From NCBI RefSeq assembly GCF_006345805.1, contig NC_042997.1, positions 169,880,001 through 169,944,000 of the forward strand: a stretch of 64,000 nt of DNA, given 5' to 3'. A program made the translations under genes and the position numbers. Shown piece by piece: positions 51,269-64,000 of the stretch. The number at the start of each line of letters is the position of its first letter. Positions within the stretch are counted from its first letter, which is position 1. This DNA comes from Octopus sinensis (taxonomy: Eukaryota). The notes under the pieces are model-generated. The model had not been told where the DNA came from. It did no database searches and saw only the letters and a list, made by a program, of their open reading frames with translations.

Positions 51269-51754
51269 CCGTAAATCCTCGAGTATAATCCGCATTTTTT
51301 CCCCAAAATTTAAAGGTCAAAATCCCTAGTGTTAAAAATGAGGTTAAAAATGAAAAATATTTTCTAAGCAATGTCCGGCAATGTTTATTCAGACGCATTT
51401 TGTGATGTCGGGCACGAAAATACCTAAGCTAAGCCTGAAAGCAATGAAGTCATAAAAGAATCGTCCATGACTTGCAGTAAGCAACATTTATTAAACGTTA
51501 TTACTGTTATTTCTTTATTTTCTGCAAATAAAATGCATAAAAAAGCTGCACGTTTACATTGTTATATATACAATAATAATAAAGGACGTTACCGTATACA
51601 TTTTTACAAACTAAAGACATTATATCGACCTCCTTGACTCAAGTTAGAGAAGGGATGTGTATTATACACAAGGTTTAGGTTTTTCAGAGGTACAGCCCCC
51701 TAAAAATCTCCTGTGTATTATGCTCAAGGGCGGACTATACTTGAGGATTTACAG
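51269..51754. mobile_element. pogo/Tigger-type MITE with TA TSD
   Basis: TA-ccgtaaatcctcgagtataatccgc ... gcggactatacttgaggatttacag-TA: a 25-bp TIR with 3 mismatches. Subterminal partial copies (tgtgtattatacacaagg) lie near the right end. Confidence 0.88.
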
Positions 51755-51959
51755 TATATTTTATCAACATTCATTTATCAATAAAAATCCAAGGGAGTGT
51801 AGGAGAATATTTGTTCAAGATTAATGTCAACAATTTCTTACCATATTCATAGTAGTTTATATTCCTCTGGCTGGATGATTTTCAGATGTTGAATCTCACA
51901 GAGGTGATGACAAGTGATTGAGACTTTTGGTGATTCGCTGTGCTTGAGAAGGCTTAACA

Positions 51960-52140
51960 AGTTAGCCAGTGCCAGTGGCACATGAAAGACACCTGTGCCA
52001 TTGACATGTAAAGGGTACCCATGCTGGTGACATGTAAAAGACACCCATGCCAGTGACACATAAAAAGCACCCATGCTGGTGGTACACAAAAGGCACCTGT
52101 ACCAGCGACACATAAAAGGCACCCATGCCAGTGACATGTT
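51960..52140 (+). repeat. ~30-bp tandem array inside a family C-related repeat
   Basis: cacc(c/t)(a/g)tgcc(a/g)gtg(a/g)cacat(a/g)aaa(a/g)g, about 6 units, followed by the family C 3' part. Confidence 0.75.
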
Positions 52141-52283
52141 GGCATGAAGAAGGGATCCAACTATAGAAACCAAGCCAAAACAGACTGGGGCCTGGTGCAG
52201 CTCTCCCACTTACCAGTTCCAGTCAAACTGTCTTACCCATGTCGGCATGGAAAGTAGATGCTAAATGGTGGTGGCAGCAGCAG

Positions 52284-52284
<1 letters not shown>

Positions 52285-52315
<31 letters not shown>

Positions 52316-52395
52316 CTTCTTCTTCTTCTTCTCCTTCTTCTCCTTCTTCTCCTTCTTCTCCTCCTCCTCCTCCTCCTCCTCCCCTCCCCCTCCTC
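52285..52395. repeat. (CTT)n grading into (CCT)n trinucleotide tract
   Basis: Directly visible; polypurine/polypyrimidine. Confidence 0.95.
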
Positions 52396-53473
52396 TATGT
52401 TTCCACTTTTCCCCAGTGTCAGCTTTACTTTCTGCCACTTTCACTGCTATTGGTTTTAATTCTCTTTTTATTTCGCCAACCCTTGCCTTTGTTGGTGTTG
52501 AAACAGTAGTTCTATGCCAGTTACAGAGCACAATAAAAATGACACAGTTTGTTGGTGTTAAAGAATGGAGTCAACAGATTGATGTTCAAAATATCAAAAC
52601 CTTTCCACTCTTTCTTGGCAACCAAACTTACTGACACCTTCAAATTCTCTTTGATTTTATTACTGTTGTTGCCAACATACTGTTGCCAATTTCCTTGATT
52701 CCTCTACTCTTACTGAATAAAAGATTTCTATTTGTCATTTAGTTAGTTAAATAATCAAATTTTATCTGCAAAAAAATAGTCTTTATAATTTTATGTCCGC
52801 CTTTCCAGTGACATAGCTAGAGTGCGTGCCACTTAGGGTACCCCTTGATTTTGCCTCCCCTTCTCCATGGGACCTCAAGCCTATAAAGGCTTATACAGAA
52901 GCCCCAAAACTGCCACTCCCCATTGAAGCATCATCTCTCTCCTATGCTGCTCCTCTTTCCATGTTGTTATAGATTAGAAAGTTTTTCTGAGATTGTGCTT
53001 TATGGACAGATGCTCTTCGTGTTACTAACCCTTTTTACATTCCCTCTTAAGGTACTCAAGAACATAGTATCCCTGTTTTGAAACTGGGATACACATAAGG
53101 TAGAAGAAGAGAAAAAGGAAGAAATTAGTTTTTTTTTTTTTTCGAAGTACCATTTTCTTAATCTTTGATTGAAAGCAATAAATATGTTTTTATTTGATGA
53201 CTATGAACTGTGAAAACAGTCAAATTTATCCCTTCTGTATTTATGGCTGAGATTCTTTCAGGTTTGTCTTTTCTTCATCTACCTATAGTCTCTAAATTAT
53301 ATGCATGTAATAAATGAATGGGGGGGTTTAATAATTGAAGTGACTGTGATTCTTTGGAAGAAATCAATATTAATCTTTGTTTTAATAAAACCTTCTTGTG
53401 AAAGCTATCCCAATATCAGGACCATTGTATCATGGAACCATTCAACTTCTAATTTATCCTAGCCTGCTATTAC

Positions 53474-53879
53474 TCTTACTCTCTTTACTCTTTTACTTGT
53501 TTCAGTCATTTGACTGTGGCCATGCTGGAGCACCGCCTTTAGTCGAACAAATCGACCCTGGGACTTATTCTTTGTAAGTCCAGTACTTATTCTATCGCTC
53601 TCCTTTGCCGAACTGCTAAGTGACGGCGACGTAAACACACCAGCATCGGTTGTCAAGCAATGCTAGGGGGACAAACACAGACACACAAACATACACACAC
53701 ATATATATACATATATACGACGGGCTTCTTTCAGTTTCCATCTACCAAATCCACTCACAAGGCTTTGGTCGGCCCAAGGCTATAGTATAAGACACTTGCC
53801 CAAGGTACCACGCAGTGGGAACGAACCCGGAACCATGTGGTTGGTAATCAAGCTACTTACCACACAGCCACTCCTGTGC
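53474..53879 (-). mobile_element. Family A SINE, young
   Basis: Full length with CpGs retained. Confidence 0.9.
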
Positions 53880-54789
53880 TTTTTTTTTTTTTTTTTTTTC
53901 TCCTTTTACAAACTATGAGTAAGACTCTGCTTGATTGCACAAGCTGCCTGATATAGCAACCAAATTTTCCTGAAATTACACTCTACTGCCTTCAGAAATT
54001 CAGTGTCTTGGGTACATTGTCTGCAAAAAAAAAAAAATTTTAATGATTGATTAATCACTACCAGAATGCCTCTGGTCATCGTCTTCTGCTTGATTGGAGC
54101 TATCCTGAGCTAAACAACTACATTTTTATAATCACGCTTATCTAGCTTCACAAATTATCAGAAGACTTACAATAAATTAGTATCATAGAAATATAGACAT
54201 TGTAGTATGTCTGATCTTTATTAAATATACATTTGATTTATCTTTGTGTATAGAAAAACAAACAGAGTGATGTTGTTTCTGTACACCCTGTTGACTATTA
54301 TACCTTTCATTGTAGCCATAAGCAGAATAATTACAAATTGCTGCAACTTAGCATCATTTTCTATCCTCTTCACTCCATTTCCCCCATTTCTCAACAGTTC
54401 TTTTCTCTTGTCAACATCATCATTATCTATCTTATGCTAGTTGTCGTTCCTTTGATCTTTATGGAAGCTAAAATTGACAGCATATTTCTTTCTTCTCGTC
54501 CTTTAGCTTATTTGTTCCATTATTGAATTCTGAGCAACATCTCTTCTCTCGTTCACCGTTGTTTGTCTACTTTATAGCTGCTTCTCTTTTACTAACTTCC
54601 TTATTTAGATGTTTAGAAAACACACACACACACAAACACTCTCTCACTCTCTCTTTCTATCTATCTATCTACCTATCTGTCTGTCTGTCCATCTATCTAT
54701 CTATCTCACATACACACACAACTTACTTCATAAATACCTCATTTCTACTGATTTAGCTTGATTTTCTATGACAATTACTCTCTTTGTTC

Positions 54790-56480
54790 ACTTATTGAGT
54801 CTAGAGGAAGAGACGTAGCCAATGAACTTTGCAGACCCTTCAAGACTGTTGATACTGTTTGTGTTCCATTTAAGCTTTGAAGATCAACACTTGCAGGGAA
54901 GATATGAGCTGGAAAGAGGTTTCACAGGGATAATGTTCAGGGGAAAAAGGACTGGCCATAATGATTAACACAAGGCTAAGTGGGTTGGACATACCAAGAG
55001 TAACAACAGGTGGGAAGATGAGTGGAGCAGGGGTACCTGGGTGGTAGAGGTATGAAACTAATCAGCTATGAGGAACAGGGGCCATTATGGTGACAATAGA
55101 AAAGACAGAGCAAGCAGTCAATATGCCCGTGACCCAAAGGTTGGTGTGTGTCTGTTGATGATTGAATTCTAATTAGTTGAATGGCCCTTCTCTATTTGTG
55201 TAGCAGCAACATTATCCCAGATATGATAGCAGTATTCCATTGTGGGTTTCACTTGAGTCTTATAGAATATCAGTAGTTGTTAGGGGCTGGTATATTTTTT
55301 GGCCCTTAAGTGAGAGGCCAGTCTTTGGGATGCTGTCCTAGCTTTGCTAAGGATGTGTTTTCACCAGCAGAGATCTTTGGTGATAGCTAGGCCCAGTATT
55401 TGGAGTGACTGTGAGGGCTCTTCTGAGTGCCACTCATGTTTAGTAGTAGAGTGTTGTACAGTAGTATTTTCTTAACAAGAATAGTGTTTGAGTGGGGTTT
55501 TTTTGTTCAAAGAAAGTCGTGGCCTCACCAGAGGATGTTCTCAAGGTCTCCATTTATGGAATTGATGCAAGTTTGGCATATGTTTCTGCTTTACATGTAG
55601 TAGTGAACTGTCATCATCTGCATAAGAGTGAGCTTTGTAGATATGTTGGCAAGTAGGTCTGTGATGAAAAGAAGAGAGTTGGGGGCAAAACTGAACCATA
55701 GGGAACACTAGAGTTGATTGAAAGTAAGACTGAAAGAGCCCCATCAGCACATACCCACTACAGTGCAGTTAGATAAAAAAGAAAGTATCAGTGTAGGAGA
55801 TGAGAGATAGGTGGAGCCCTTATGTGGAAAGTTTCTATTGGAGATTTGAATGCCAGATACAGTTGAAGATTTTGCTCATGTCTAAGGCAGTACCATTACT
55901 TTTTTCAGGCTCCTGTAAAGCAAGAGCTCACTGCTATGTGAAATAAGAGAGTAGGTTTCCAGTAGATCTAATTCTGCAGAAGCCATCCATGCTGATAGTC
56001 ACTGAGGAGAGACAGAAAAGCTTAAGGTGTCAGAGAAAGTTATTAATTACTTTCTTCATTACCCTAGAGAGCCAAAAGACAATTGTTGGCTGAGTCAGAA
56101 GGGTTACCTTTCTTTCAAATGAGACACACTTCCAAATGTCAGAGTATATCTATACAGTGAGTGAGTTAGTGATTAAAGAGATTAGTGATTATAGGAGCAA
56201 GATCTGGGGTGCAGTGTGTGAGTGTAATGGAGTGGACATTGTCAGGGTTAGTGACTTCATTTGTTAGAAGTAGATATAGAGTTATTTCCACACTTGGGGA
56301 GCCTGGTGGAGTGGAATAGGATATATTTGGAGGGCATTGGCAAAGGATATATATTGTGGAGTTGGATACAAAAGCAGTCAGCAAAGATGGAAGGTTTCTC
56401 CATGTGGGCACTAATTACAGAGCCACCATTGTTTAGAAGAGGAGAGAAAGAAGATTCCAGAGTTGACTTCTTACAATTAA
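54790..56480 (-). mobile_element. Decayed CR1/L2/Jockey-group LINE reverse transcriptase
   Basis: Minus-strand fragments: CTPDLAPIITNLFN, LDMSKIFNCIWH, a GVPQGSVL-like segment and HSYADD, with many frameshifts. Confidence 0.8.
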
Positions 56481-56926
56481 CTTCTCTATATTAAGTGTCT
56501 AAATGTTGTAGATAATGTCTAAGTATTGTTGATAAGATCATTTTATTTTCAGACTATTAACAAGAAAATTTTTCTCAATATTGACATCTAGACTATATTT
56601 CAATCTTTGATCGACATCATTTTAAATCTACAAATAGACACCAGAGTTCAAACCAATTAAAATGGAGGTTAGATGTAATTATTGAAAAATCTTTCATCTT
56701 CAAAGATGCTGTTAACGGTTTTCTTTTTTTAATTAATTTACTTAAAAATTAAATAAGAATAATATTGATGGAAAAATTGAGTATTTTTATTTATGTTAGA
56801 GATACCCTAATGTTTTAATGTATAATATGTAATTATCAAGTTAAAAAGAATTCTTTTTATTTATAAAAAAAAGTATTATGTTTTAAAATTTCAGTAATGT
56901 TTCAATATCATTTCATTTTATTTCAG

Positions 56927-57052
56927 TCTGTTGTCTGTCCTAGCAGATCACATGAATGCTGAAATTGTCTCAGGAACTGTCAATTCAAAACAAGATGCTA
57001 TGGATTACATCACTTGGACATATTTTTTCCGTCGACTTGTAATGAATCCCAG
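56927..57052 (+). CDS. ASCC3: ASCC3 internal exon (winged-helix region), phase 2-2
   Basis: Acceptor ttttatttcAG, GTAAGT donor. Encodes (N)[41 protein letters not shown] plus 2 nt, in frame with the previous exon. Not in the ORF track. Confidence 0.97.
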
Positions 57053-57999
57053 GTAAGTAATTATTTTAAACAATTTTTAGTTTCTTTTTAAATTATGAAA
57101 TACTACAGAATATTTTGGAAGTGTTAAAATTTGATGAAAATTTTTGGCCATGTTTTGTTAAAGCAACCACAATTTTTTTCTTTTCATTTAGTATATAGTA
57201 GACAATTTCTGAGCAGTAACCATATTAGTTACTATTACGGGAGTGTCAGAATTAATTTTTTGAAATTTGTGTGATTTCAAAATTTCAGAAAAAACGCCCA
57301 TTTTGATGCCCTTAGTTGACCATGTGGCCAGTTCGTTATCATTTTTTAATTTTTGCAATGCATTCTTATACTTCTGAAGGTGATGTGACGGAAATTTGGT
57401 TTTATTGTTGAGCTTCTTTTCAGAGTTGTGAATTTTTAGAAATTCAGTTGTCAGCACTTTGTACAGGATCGACTTATTTATAAAGCATGGATATAAAGCA
57501 GCATATTATCCATCAGTGATTTATTCAATATAGTATAAATAAACATCTTTTAAATTGATGGGTATTTATTGATTCAACATAAAGGCCTACAATTACACAA
57601 CTATCAATGAAATTGACCTAATACTTGATATTTTTCCATCATAGGAACTAGTATGAATTTTTTGAGCGGGGTGACCTGGGAAATTTTTCTGAAACTTTGC
57701 GATTTGATATGGAATAATCCACCAGCCATATCTGGCCCAAATATTCTACCTGTTTTATGTTAAAACTGGTAAGATCTGGCCTCTCACACCTACCCTGCAC
57801 GTCATTCTGAAAATAAACTGTCATATCTTCATAATATCAAAGCTACAAGAAAATGTTTGATTAATTCAAAGCAATGTGAATAAATAAGTTTTACATTTAA
57901 TAGAGTAATCTGAATGACGAAAGGTTAAACTATCCTTACAAGAGCATTTTTATTGTATATATATCTATTAAACATATCATAGAAGATGTACTAGAAAAC

Positions 58000-58409
58000 A
58001 GCGTAAGAGTGGCTGTGTGGTAAGTAGCTTGCTTACCAACCACATGGTTCCGGGTTCAGTCCTACTGTGTGGCACCTTGGGCAAGTGTCTTCTACTATAG
58101 CCTCGGGCCGACCAGAGCCTTGTGAGTGGATTTGGTACATAGAAACTGAAAGAAGCCCGTCATATATATGTATATGTATGTGTGTGTGTGTGTGTATATG
58201 TTTGTGTGTCTGTGTTTGTCCCCCCAACATCTCTTGACAACCGATGCTGGTGTGGTTATGCCCCTGTAACTTAGCAGTTCGGCAAAAGAGACCGATAGAA
58301 TAAGTACTGGGCTTACAAAGAATAAGTCCTGGGGTCAGTTTGCTTGACTAAAGGCAGTGCTCCAGCATGGCCACAGTCAAATGACTGAAACAAGTAAAAG
58401 AGTAAAAGA
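58000..58409 (+). mobile_element. Family A SINE
   Basis: Full length. An older deleted copy follows at about 58500-58762. Confidence 0.9.
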
Positions 58410-59139
58410 TCTATGTCCTGATCCCCAAAGTAGCTCAATAAAGAACTGTGAGCCATTATGCTTTAATTTGTTCTAGTACAATAAAATAAACATGTATATA
58501 TGGCTGTGTAGTAAGAAGTTTGCTTCCCAACCATGTAGTTCCACTTTCAGTCCCATTGTGTGGCACCGACCAAAGCCTTGTGAGTAGATTTGGTTCCACA
58601 CTACTTGACAACTGGTGTTGGTTTGTTTATGTTCCAATAAGCAGTTCATCAAGAAGAGACCAATAGAATAAGTACCAAGTTTAAAAAATAGTACTGGGCC
58701 CTTCAGTGCAGTGCCTCAGCATGGTGGCAGTCCAATGACTGAAACGAATAAAAGATAAAAGACATATTTTGGCCAAAATTAATGAATTGCCGGTGTTTCT
58801 CTATTAATAGACTTGACTTTTCCAGTTATTCATATACATGGCTCTGGCCCCTGTGCCGGTGGTATGTAAAAAGCACCCACTACACTCACGGAGTGTTTGG
58901 CGTTAGGAAGGGCATCCAGCTGTAGAAAAACTGCCGAATCAGACTGGAGCCTGGCGCAGCCTCCTGGCTTCCCAGACTCCAGTCAAACGGTCCAACCCGT
59001 GCTAGCATGGGAAATGGACGTCAAATGATGATGATGATGATGGAGTGGGTGATTGCATGAAGTATCGGAACACTTGTTCTTGTATCATAAGTAAAATTTG
59101 CCGCTTATGGTTTCTTGTCTTTCTCAGATTTGTTCAGCT

Positions 59140-59706
59140 ACTCTCTTTACTCTTTTACTTGTTTCAGTCATTTGACTGCGGCCATGCTGGAGCACCGCCT
59201 TTAGTCGAACAAATCGATCCCGGGACTTATTCTTTGTAAGCCCAGTACTTATTCTATCGGTCTCTTTTTGCCGAACCGCTAAGTGACAGGGACGTAAACA
59301 CACCAGCATCGGTTGTCAAGCAATGCTAGGGGACAAACACAGACACATACATATATATATGTGGCGTTAGGAAGGGCATCCAGCTGGTGGCGTTAGGAAG
59401 GGCATCCAGCTGTAGAAACACTGCCAGATCTGACTGGCCTGGTGCAGCCTTCGGGCTCCCCAGACCCCAGTTGAACTGTCCAACCCATGCTAGCATGGAA
59501 AGCGGACGTTAAATGATGATGATGATGATGATGACATATATACGACAGGCTTCTTTCAGTTTCCGTCTACCAAATCCACTCACAAGGCATTGGTCGGCCC
59601 GGGGCTATAGCAGAAGACACTTGCCCAAGATGCCACGCAGTGGGACTGAACCCGGAACCATGTGGTTGGTTAGCAAGCTACTTACCACAAAGCCACTCCT
59701 GCGCCT
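59140..59706 (-). mobile_element. Family A SINE with a family C copy (59361-59532, + strand) nested in its central microsatellite
   Basis: The SINE halves flank the insert; acatatata occurs on both sides of the insert. Confidence 0.88.
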
Positions 59707-59929
59707 ATTATTTCTATTGCAGCAGGTTTAGCAACCATCTGGTGACTCTCTTGTTGGCAGTCCTGTAGTAGCATTGTTTAGATTGTAGATGTAAGAGAAA
59801 CTATCAACTGCATCTAGAAAGCTGTTTAAGTATTTGTTCCATAGGTGCTTCATCTGTACTATCTTTGCATATGAGTAAATCACCCACCCACCCCATCCAA
59901 TGGACGGTACTGAGTTGTCAAACATTTAA

Positions 59930-60265
59930 ACCAAATTTTCTCAAAACAACTTGTCCTACCATCCCATTTGGTGACATTATTTTAAGCCAGCCGGCTGTTT
60001 TTGCGCAAACTGCACATGCATTTTTCTCATGTACGCATAGTATCGATTGCAACAGCTGATGTACTTGCTCGTACAAATGCACGTTTCCACGGCTTTATTG
60101 ATCGCATTCTCACCTGGAATCGATTTTTGTAATTTTTTGAAGACTTATACATGCCCTGATACTGTCGGTATCTACATATCAAATTTGAGTGCAATCAGAT
60201 GGAGGATGCCTGAGATCCTGGAAGACACACACACAGACAGACAGACAGAATAAATATAATAGATA
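59930..60265 (-). mobile_element. Helitron-like non-autonomous 5' end
   Basis: Reverse complement begins atctattatatttattctgtctgtctgtctgtgtg...tctgattgcactcaaatttgatatg, a Helitron-N/DINE-like layout. Confidence 0.45.
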
Positions 60266-60654
60266 TGTCACACTTGAAGTCACGGTTTTCTGGCAGCCTG
60301 CTAGAGATTTCATATTTTTGTTTGCATTGAATTTACTAGGTCAAATTAGTCTTACCTTTTTTTTTTTTCATCTCAATAATAGCCAATATAAATGTTGATT
60401 GATTTCTCTCATCACATTTTACATCATATACAAAGGTGGGGAGGAGGAAATAAAAGATATATATAGAGAGAGAGAGGAGTACACATATTAGGTTTGGTGG
60501 CAGGCAATGAGTAACAGAATGCTACATACAGTGAGAGTAATACATATTTTGCTTTTGAAAATTGGTATTCATTTCATTTTGTATTAGCACTATGAAATTT
60601 TATAAAAGTTAATTATATGTAGCATGCCATATTCCCTGTATATATTTATAATAT

Positions 60655-61560
60655 TGGTTTCAAATTTTGGCACAAGGCCAGCAATTTCGGGGGAGGGGTA
60701 AGCCAATTACATCAACTGCAGTACTCAACTGGTACTTATTTTTCAACCTGAAAGGAAAAAAGGCAAAGTCAACCTCAGCGGAATTTGAACTCAGAACGTA
60801 GTAAATATGGAGGATATACTGGTGAACATTTTACCCAGTGTGGTTAGGATTCTGCCTGCTTGCCGCCTTGTGTATGTATATATATTTGTATATCATCATC
60901 ATCATCGTTTAACGTCTGCTTTCCATGCTAGGCTGGGTTAGATGATTTGACTGAGGACTGGCGAACCAGATGGCTGCACCAGGCTCCAATCTGATCTGGC
61001 AGAGTTTCTATAGCTGGATGCACTTCCTAACGCCAACCACTCCGAGAGTATAGTGGGTGCTTTTACGTGCCACCGGCACGAGGGCCAGTCAGGCGGTGCT
61101 GGCAACGGCCATGCTCAAATGGAGCTTTTTTTGTGCCACCTGCACAGGAGCCAGTCCATTGGCACTGGCAATGACCTCACTTGAATGTTTTTTCACGTGC
61201 CACCAGCACAAGTGCTAGTAAGGCGACACATATGTATGTGTGTATGTGTATATATATATATATATATACATACACACACGTGTGGAGGCGCAATGGCCCA
61301 GTAGTTAGGGCAGCGGACTCACGGTTTCGATTCCCAGACAGGGCATAGTGAGTGTTTATTGAGCGAAAACACCTAAAGCGCCACGAGGCACCGGCAGGGT
61401 ATGGTGGCGATCCCTGCTGTACTCTTTCACCACAACTTTCTTCTCTTGGCCTGCTCGCTTAGCCAACATGGTGGCGTTCATTTGAAGGCTAAAACAATGC
61501 GAAGTGTATTATGACCAGTGATGTGTAGCAACATCTGATAGCCTGGTTGGTCACGTGATA
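60655..61560. mobile_element. SINE stack: family B (-) 60655-60870, family C (-) 60893-61228, tRNA SINE (+) 61281-61560
   Basis: Each part is homologous to other copies in the window and they are separated by TA/TG tracts. Confidence 0.8.
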
Positions 61561-64000
61561 TGTATATATATATATATATGTGCGTGTGTATATATTTTGA
61601 AAAAGAAATGATTCTTCTGTTCTCACTAGCTAGCATTGTATACTGTACCAAGCTAGTCGTTAGGCTTTTCAACACTAGGCCGTGCTTTAAAGTTTACAAT
61701 TTTTCAGCAACTCCTCGGCTGATTTTGCCAAGGAGTTCATTAGGAACTTGCTACCGACTTTTCTTAATATCTGGTTATAAAGAACTTAAATTATCTCAAT
61801 TCCTTAGACGTAACATCTCTAAAGGGCAGATAAAAGAAATAGTAGAGAGTTATTGCCCTTAGACAAAGCAGTCGGTTGCCGAATGAACTAAATTGGATGT
61901 AATTTTTATCGAGATTTAGAAATTTAATATTCCAATTATATACTATTTTTCTTAAAATATTTGAATCATTTAAAATATTAAACTAGACTCTTAATTGCAT
62001 TTAAAAAGATATATGTATGTTTACATTAGTACACCTTTCTGATTAGTAATTATTGGCACTGCAAGCATGTATCCATTAGATTCTTTGTTATTCATGTTAA
62101 AATATAACAGATCAAAATTATGACTCGACAAGCTTTTATCTAGAATTCCTGAAATTTGAATTGAAAACCAGAAACTAATTTGGGTTAATCTGAGTATTCA
62201 AGAAATTAGTACGGCCATTATATATTCAAATAAATCATGTACATTAAAACATTTGATATTACTTTAAACACTCAAATTGAAGTTTTAACTTTATACAATA
62301 TTCAATTTGGACTTTTCTGCTCCACCCCAAATTAGTTTCTAACGTTGATTTCATCCAAGCCTACTTTGTAGCTTTATACTAGTTCCATCCCAATAGTCTG
62401 TATGATATTCATTCTTTAAATTATAGTGTTTAAAAAAAAAAAAAAAAAGAATTCAGTTTCAGTACATTCCTTTACCTGCCTGGGTAATACTGCCACCTGT
62501 TTTGCAACATGTGTAAACTGGTATTAAGTACCGAACTGAATTTTGCTTTCTATATTCCTTCATTTGCATCATATAATAACATTCACATCAACTAGATGTG
62601 AATGTTATGAAAAGCTTCCCTTCTATTCTTCAAGTTACAAAATAAACATAACAAAAGTAGAAATATTTGGAGAATTTTATTTATAAAAGTGCAAAAATAG
62701 GTATTTTTAAATATGTTCCAGTAATTGATATAAACTAAAAAATAAATAAACTTTACAATTGACAAAAGAAATTCAACTGATTTTTTGAAGAGATCCCCAA
62801 ATATTTGAATTTTAAACTTATAATAGTGTGACACATGAAGAAGAAAAATGAAGATATTAAATATTGCCACTATCCCATCAAATTGTTTTTTTACAAAAAA
62901 AAAAAAAAAAAAAATTCTACATAATATTAAGTTGTAATCTGAATGCAAAATGAAATTCATAAATTAGTAGAAAAGTTTGTAAGAACAGAAAGTTAGAAAA
63001 GGCTAGTAATTGCCACTAGCCTTTACCAGTCTTGAAAAGTGTACATTACTTAATAAGGGATGGGGAAATGCAAATAAAAAGGGATATGTCCTAGCTGATA
63101 AGCCAAAAACAGTTGATCAGAGCAGCAGAACAGTTGATCAAAGTACTCGTCAATCCCTTAAGCCAAACTCAAGCAGATGATGATATGAAGTGGAATGCCA
63201 CTTATGAAGAAATATCACAGATACACAACTGTTAATGGATTTGGGATTGCAGGTTTAGAGGACAGAAATTTTGACAAATAAATCTAATTAAGACAAAGAA
63301 ACGACAATAAAGAGGATGACAAATGTCCAGATACTTGAATACTGTTAGTATTTTGTTTCAAGTTTTCTGTGAATAAAAATGACTAGGTTCACTCACAAAA
63401 TTCCACCGCTAATGATAGCTTTTGAAAGAAAGAAAGAAAGAAAGAAAATGGGGGGAGAAAAAAAAGGGGAGAGTTTCAATATACATGTTCTATTATATAC
63501 AAGAAGAATGTCTTCTCTATCTCCCACCCGAACCCACAGAAACGATATACACAATTTTGGAAAAGGAAAAAAAAGAAAAACAGTATAAATACAAACACAA
63601 TACAAAATATAAAATGAATTAGTATAAACATCAAAGAGCGAGAATAAATATAGTTGTATGAAGACATAGTTGTTGAATATTCCTCATGCTTGACAGTCCT
63701 CATCACAACCATGTTGCTTCTTTCATACAGATCTACTGTCATGGAATTTTTGTCATAGCCAACAACTGAAATAAATCCTTGGCTGTCATAGTCAACATCC
63801 TTCTGTATTAAAAATCTGTTTAGTGAAAGTTATCTTCACCTTCACACCAGCTTTTTGTCCAGGATGTTTTTTACCACTTAACACCAACTCACTTCCTTCA
63901 GGTCTTTAACTGCCTGATTCTTTTGTCAGATCAATCATAGTTGTTTCATACCTACATGGCATGTTAACTATCATTTCGTATCAGCTGAAATTTTTTTTCA

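Noticed and set aside
51960-52140. CRISPR-like array of ~30-bp repeats (also 4768-4845 and 26505-26590)
   Set aside because: The units are contiguous with no unique spacers, the context is eukaryotic, and there are no cas genes.
57053-64000. Next ASCC3 exon (expected to begin (S)YY..L), and the preceding exon in 1-5892
   Set aside because: Not found by eye; they probably lie outside the window, though I may have missed them.

Overview
This is AT-rich, microsatellite- and TE-dense eukaryotic DNA. The SINE repertoire suggests a coleoid cephalopod, probably Octopus (inference). The whole window lies inside one + strand gene, ASCC3 (Ski2-like helicase, second cassette). Four GT-AG exons splice in frame: 5893-6030, 39939-40059, 50313-50445 and 56927-57052. 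The ORF track misses the last two. They are separated by introns of about 33.9, 10.3 and 6.5 kb. The introns are filled with tRNA-derived SINE families, LINE fragments (R4/Dong, CR1/L2, RTE), DNA-transposon fossils and MITEs (hAT, Tigger/pogo, Tc1/mariner, TTAA-type, Helitron), a CpG-decayed tRNA-Asp, a 1226-bp tandem duplication and a degenerate minisatellite. Almost all ORF-track entries are microsatellite or TE noise. The leads most worth following are: (1) a phase-compatible chain of small antisense exons in a CpG-retaining patch at about 22.1-24.5 kb, a candidate nested gene or pseudogene; (2) three copies of a minimal hammerhead-ribozyme-like motif with a CCGA core variant; (3) an RTE C-terminus with three tandem C2H2 fingers; (4) inverted SINE pairs around exons. 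No database search could be run, so family names come from motif recognition. I cannot claim a confirmed new system.
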